DNA of 64,000 nucleotides from Antechinus flavipes (lineage: Eukaryota): positions 652,736,001 through 652,800,000 of the forward strand of contig NC_067398.1 of assembly GCF_016432865.1 (NCBI RefSeq), given 5' to 3'. Shown one piece after another: positions 58,401 through 64,000 of the stretch (position 1 is the first letter of the stretch; each line of letters opens with the position of its first letter). Under the pieces are notes generated by a model. That model was not told the origin of the DNA. It ran no database searches and was given only the letters and a program-made list of their open reading frames with translations. Position numbers and translations under genes: made by a program.

Positions 58401-59268
58401 TGTGATCTAGGGGGTCAGAGGAAGCAGGTCACTGACGTGCACCGTGGGGGAGGAGCACTAGTGGGCCAAGCCTGGCTTCCGTGGCTTTTTCCCACCAGTC
58501 AAAAGAATCTTGCCCTTGGCCGCCACAGGCGCCAGACATCGGCTCCCCTTCTGCCCTGGACAAGAATACTGAGACCTGGAAGCTCTGGGGCCGGCCTTGG
58601 AGAAGAAGCCCATGGGGGGAGGGGCAGGGCAAGGATGCCACAGGGGCGGGGGAGAGCGGGGACAGGCTGGGGAGGGAGTGGGAGATGCTGGGAACGGAGT
58701 GAGGGGCAGGGTGGGGAAGCCAGAGGCAGGCCGGATGGCCACTCAAGTCCCTGCAAAGATGGGGACACAGGGAAGGAAGAAGAGGGGACGAGTGAGAATA
58801 GGAGGCGAAGTGATGGGGGCGGGGCAGAGAGCCTGGGAGAGAACAGATATGGGGGCCAGGGCAGGATGAAGGTACAGGCAGGTGTGAACGTGGGGGAAGG
58901 GGCAGGAAAGGGGAGGAAGTCCGAGGCTAGAGGGAAAGGGACAGAGCGGGGGGAGCCTGCTCGGGGCACTGAGGGGGAGGGGCAAGGATCACTGGAAAGG
59001 CCAGAGGAGACACGAAGTGGAAGTGGAGGGACAGAGGTCAGAGGGGTCGGGGGAAAGAGGTCATTGGGTCACTGAGGTGAGAAGGGGGCCCGCAGGGTCG
59101 CGGCACAGGGAAACTGAGGCCGGAGGGAGTGGAGGAAGGGCCAGGCCAGGCCAGGCCGGGATTCACTGGTTCACTCACCGCGCTGTAACCCCGGGGCGGC
59201 ACAGCCGAAGCCAAAGCCCAGCCCAGGCCGGCTATGGGAGACCCGTCAGGGGCGGGCCCGAGATCCAT
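55435..59268 (-). CDS. MVB12A: ESCRT-I subunit multivesicular body subunit 12A, 276 aa, 9 exons
   Basis: Exons 59179-59268 ([30 protein letters not shown]), 58287-58406 ([12 protein letters not shown]), 57661-57757, 57354-57480 ([12 protein letters not shown]), 57003-57119, 56768-56865 ([16 protein letters not shown]), 56342-56403 ([13 protein letters not shown]), 55636-55692, 55435-55497 ([23 protein letters not shown]); 831 nt, GT-AG, MABP and UMA domain motifs. Confidence 0.96.
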
Positions 59269-60100
59269 CGTAAGGGCTGCGGATCGAGGCAAAAGGAAGC
59301 GGAATGAAGAGGTGCAAGAGCAACCGAAGCGAGAGGCTCGTCACAAGAGGGACCAAGGCTAGGGCTCCCGTCCCGGGCAGGCGCCCACAGTTGGCCGGAC
59401 TTCGGACCCGTCCGTAGCCAGGGGAACTACAGGCACCAGAAGTCAATTCGGCGAACTGAGTGCGCCTGAGCAAACACTCATTCCCATAAGTCTGCGGTGC
59501 TTGCCTGCGAGGTACGGCGACCACCCGAGCCAAACGGTAGAAGTTACTCCCGGAAAAACTCGTTCAGAAAGCCCAACTCTGGCAGAAAGCGTCCTGCGCG
59601 TGCGCAAGTTCCTGGGACGTCGACGTGTTAAAGTTGTGTACGAGAAGAACTACGTTATCCAGAGATCCTTGCAAAACTGCTTGCCCGCAGGCCGCCCGCC
59701 CTCCCCTGGAATCCGAGGCGCGGCCGGAGACTGAGTCGGAGCAGATCCGCCCGCGGCATTTCCCTCAGCAGGTGATGCGAGTTCCCTCCGCCTGGGCGGT
59801 CAGGCGCGCCTCACCCCTTGCCCAGTGGTCCCCGCCTCCAGTCCCGCTCTGCCGGGAATATGCACCCTCCACTCAGCTGCCAGAGAGCGACGCCGAGCTC
59901 TGCGCCCCCGCTCCCTATGGCCCGGGGGCCGGAACAGACTGCTTTAAGTTATTACCGAGGACTCGCCCGCAGATTCCGTCCGAGCGCCGCCCGCTGCTCT
60001 CCACTGCAGCCAACACCCGCCGTGTTCTCCCCATCTAAGAGTTAACCCTGGCGGCCGTGGCTGATCAGCCATTAGGAGCTCGCTATGTTCCAGCGCAGGT
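58950..60100 (-). promoter_or_regulatory. CpG island / promoter of MVB12A
   Basis: CpG-dense region over and upstream of exon 1; NRF1-like TGCGCGTGCGCA 59595-59606; several ETS-like GGAA cores; GC boxes. Confidence 0.78.
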
Positions 60101-60399
60101 CGGGCACAAATAAAATGAACATTCGGGGTATGACTGCTCACACAGTCTGGGTATTAAATTGCGAGTCAAACATTATTCTCCTTTTAGGAATCTTCCTAAA
60201 TCTCAGCCTAAACCCCTCCTCTCCTTCTCTCCAGAGACTTCCCAGGAAAACCCCACATCAGAGCTGGGCCAAGAACCCACCGGTCTGGCCATCGGCAATA
60301 GGGCTGTCTGCAACAGGTACCCCCCTCTCTCTTCTTAAATCCCTTATCATCCGACTTCTGAATCCCTCCTTCCACCAAAACGGCTCTCTCCAAAGATAC

Positions 60400-63060
60400 C
60401 CATGATCACTTAGCTGCCAGATCAGGACCTTTTTTCCACCCTCATTCTCCTCGACCTCTTGGCTGACTTTCTATTAATCATAGCTTCTCCTTGATTCCCT
60501 CGCTAGGTTTTGGGACCCACTGATCTGGTTGTTCTCCTCCCTGATTCTTCTGTCTCTGTCGCCTTTGCGCTTTTTCCCTTTCTAGATCATGCCCTCCAAT
60601 TATCTCAAGGTTCTGTCCTGGGCTCTCTTCTCCATCTCTGTGCTGTTTATTCCAAAATCTACCCATTCTGCCCCAAACCCTGCTGTGCTCCAGTCTTGCA
60701 TCTCCAGCTGCCTTTTGGAAATCTCAAGCTGGAAGACTTGTTTGCTTCTTAAACTCAATATACCTAAAGTAGACTCTTAACTTACCTCATAAACTCCCCC
60801 TCTTCTGCCTTCTTTCCTACTGTAGAGGCCAATACCATCCTCCCAGTCCCCCAGGCTCCTAATTCTATCTTTCCTGTTGTTCAGTCATTTAAGTTTATCC
60901 TACTCTTTGGTGACTCCATTGGGGATTTAGCGGTTTGTCATATCCTTCTCTAGCTGATTTTTACAGAGGAGAAACTGATGGTTAGGAAGTGTCTGAAGCT
61001 GGAAGATGAAATCTTTCTAACTTCAAACCTGGTGCTCTGTGCACTACAGCATCCCCTTTCTCCTTGTTTTTCTCTCTTGATTTTAGTGTTTTCCCTCTGC
61101 TGATTTCCTATAATTATTTTGTATATAATTTGCTTTGTATATATTTGTTGACATGTCTCTCCCATTAGACAGCAAGCTCCTTGAGGGTAGAGAATCAGGA
61201 TATTTATTCCTCTTGCCTTTAGACTCTCCTACCACCATCACTCAGCAACCTCTCCTCTTTTTGTTTTGCACTATTCAAATTTATCATCTAATCTTTATCC
61301 TGGGAGTTATTATCATCATCCCAAAGGATAAATTCTAAAGAATTCTAAAGATAAAATCTTTTCCAATGAGTCCAATGCCAGCTCATCATCTTTCTCTTTT
61401 CCCTAATTCCTGCTTTCGTGTTAGGAGCTTTTAACATACTCAAATACTTTTAAATTCTCAGTTCTTCACTTGACCTAATCCTACAAACCACCCTTTGACC
61501 AAGATGATCATGCCCTTGAACCCATCATTAACCATGGGTTCCAAGTTATTTTTAATCATTCTGAAATTATTTCATCTAGTCATAACCTTCTATTACTCCT
61601 CCTCTCCCTGTGCTTCCAACCTGTTGTTCCACACCATGATCTCCAACTTTTATGTCCCTCAGTTTTTTGCTAGGCTACACCATATTTGCCAGCTACACTC
61701 TCCTGAACCTTGGTGAATCACTGAACCACATGCCGCCTTGTTCTGTTGTTGATCATGTCCAAACTCCAGGACTGGATTACCTGAACCATCTGACTCCTTC
61801 ACTCCTATTCCTGATGAACATAGCTAGAAAAGTCTCAAAAATGTTGACTGTGTCTACTGTAAATCTGCTACATACACTAATCTTAATTGGCCTTTTCTTT
61901 TTTTACATCTAATATATTCACTCTCTCACTCCTCATAATGAGTACAATCTATGTAGTTATAGTAAGTAATCCTTCTGATTGCTCCTTCTCAGTCTCATTT
62001 TTGGTTGGCTCTTCATTCACATCATACCTGCAAACTGTAGGTGTTTAAAGCTCTGTCCTGGGCTCTTTTCTTCTGTAATAGTTTCCTTGGTGATCTCATT
62101 AGCTCATGTGGGTTCAAATATCTTTGTATGCTATGATTCAAGACCTAGACATCTAGTCCTAACTTCTTTGCTGACATCTGCCTTCATGTCACCAACTGCC
62201 TCTCATTTATCTCCTAGGAATCTATCTAGACATCTCCAATTGAATCTATCTGAAATGGAATTCATTCTTTCTCCCCAAACTCTCAAATTTCCCTATTATT
62301 GTTCAGAACACCACCATCCTCCCAGGCAGGCTCAACATCCAGATGTCATCCACTCAATGTGTTTCTAATTGGTTGCCTAATCATGCCATCTCTATTTCAA
62401 CATCTCTCAAATACATCTTCCATCTTCATTTGGTAGATTCATAACCTCATACCTTCATCATTTCAATGACTTTCTAGCTGGTGTTTCTGCCTTGTCTTTC
62501 TAAAGTCTTTCCTCCCCATAGCTGTCAAAATGATGCTCAAAGTACAGGTGACCACATGACCCCTTTTTTAGGAACCTCTCTCCCTGCCCCCCCCCCCGGC
62601 TTCCTAATATCCCCAACATCAAATATAAAATCTGGTGACTTTCAAAGCTCTTCACAACTTGGCCCTTTCCTAACTTTGCGGTGGTCTTAGACTTTTCTTT
62701 CCTCTACAAATTCTGTGATCCAGGGACCCTAGCCTTCTCACTGTTCCATTCTCCCAATCCAGTGACTTTTTACTGGCTGTTCTCCACATCTGGAGTGCTC
62801 TCTCTTCTCACCTCTGCCTACTGGCTTCTTTACAGATACAGCTTCTGTCAAAAGCCTTTCCCAGTCCTCCCCACTGCTAGTGTTTTTCCTTTGGGATTAT
62901 CTTCCATTTACACTATATCTTATATGCACTGTTATATTTATACTGTTTCCTTCTGAAAGCATGAACTCCTTGGGGAAAGGAACATATTTTTTTCTTTATA
63001 GTCCTAGCACTTAATACATTTTCTGGCACATTATGTTTAATAAATGCTCATTGACTAAAA
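60400..63060 (+). mobile_element. Degraded L2 LINE fragments with inserted SINE pieces
   Basis: ctcaaggttctgtcctgggctctcttctc (PQGSVLGP-like), tagacatctccaattgaatctatc, gtagactcttaactt, L2 3' end ...gcacttaataca...tttaataaatgct. Confidence 0.65.
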
Positions 63061-64000
63061 CAGAAATCATCAGACCTTTATCATTTGTTCCCTTCCTACA
63101 ACCTCTACATCTCTGCCATACTGCTGAACCTTCCTATATATACTGTCTCCCCCCCCCCCCAAAAAAAAAAGATAGGTGCATAGATTATAAATTTCTTGAA
63201 GGTTTGGACTGCTTCATTTTTATCTGAATTTCTATCACCTTGCACATTTTCTTGATTTGAAATAATAAATTAGTTTTTTGTAGGCTTCTTTGTACAAGCC
63301 CCTTCAAATATTGGGAAAGGAGCCAGCTCAGGTTCTCAACCCTACTCCAGTCAGCTGTAGACTCACACTAACCATCCTGACTACTGCTCTGCCTCTCTTC
63401 CCCTCTCCAGTTATGCTGTGAGTCTACACTATCTTACTCAGGTTCAGAGCAATTCAGATAAGCACTGACATTCAATTTGACCATTGTTAGTACATGCCAA
63501 AGAGAATCACTATCAATTAGCTTGCCCACTTCTATCTTTGTAAGAGAAGGTGGGAAAGCCGGGCTAAGTGAGGGGGCCAAAGACACCCATCAATCATAAG
63601 AGAAGACTCAGCAAAGGCAGAAAGGAAAAAAGCTTTGGAACTTTATTCTCTTTGATAAACTTTCAACTGAAAATGGTAGATTTTGTATCAATATTTCCAG
63701 AAATGCACAAACCTATTCACAGGGAAGTCTGAATTTACAAAGACATGAAATTAGAACTACATGAAACAATACAAGATGTAATTTTCTACTTAAGAATAAA
63801 TCCCAAAAAAGTTTTGGTAAAGTTATGTTTGTTTCAGGTCAATTAGCTCAGAATTCACAGTATGAATCTGAATTAACAGAAAAATTTATTTCCCTATACA
63901 AAATTACAATACACAGAACGTGTACAAGTACAATACAGGTTTAAATTGTTAGTAACTATCACCTAAAACAAAAATCTCATAGTAAAAAAGGACATGAAAA

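Noticed and set aside
59500-60140. Divergent plus-strand coding gene (e.g. BST2) starting in the MVB12A CpG island
   Set aside because: ORFs lack a transmembrane segment or recognisable homology; only ordinary bidirectional-promoter features are visible.
1-64000. CRISPR array, tRNA, rRNA or snRNA genes
   Set aside because: No regularly spaced repeat-spacer array; B-box-like motifs (e.g. ~46457-46470) belong to MIR remnants.

Overview
Vertebrate genomic DNA from a marsupial, most likely a dasyurid such as the Tasmanian devil (inferred from marsupial-type L1 3' ends, Mar/MIR core SINEs, an OC1-type hAT MITE and small N gaps). It is syntenic with human 19p13.11 in reverse orientation. I traced complete, frame-consistent exon chains by hand for PGLS (-, 5 exons, 263 aa), SLC27A1/FATP1 (-, 12 coding exons, 646 aa, one GC-AG intron), NXNL1 (+, 2 exons, 208 aa, plus the 109-aa intron-retention RdCVF frame) and MVB12A (-, 9 exons, 276 aa), and for the first 12 coding exons of NIBAN3/FAM129C (-, runs off the left edge). 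The rest is L1, L2, L3/CR1, RTE, SINE and MITE sequence plus three CpG-island promoters. There is no CRISPR array or recognisable tRNA/rRNA gene. The main structures the gene models do not explain are: (1) a ~123-bp, ~96%-identical non-TE inverted repeat enclosing NIBAN3 exons 4-5; (2) a 101-nt fold-back hairpin made inside an L1 3' end; (3) a 65-bp ectopic copy of SLC27A1 coding exon 2 in its own intron 6; (4) an upstream optimal-Kozak ATG exon that would add 52 aa in frame to FATP1; (5) a perfect 29-bp palindrome over the NXNL1 stop codon, whose CTGAGCCC-N7-GGGCTCAG core recurs at the inverted-repeat junction 43 kb away; (6) no TMEM221 between NXNL1 and MVB12A. No database searches or folding programs were run, so family names come from recognition and all functional ideas are hypotheses.
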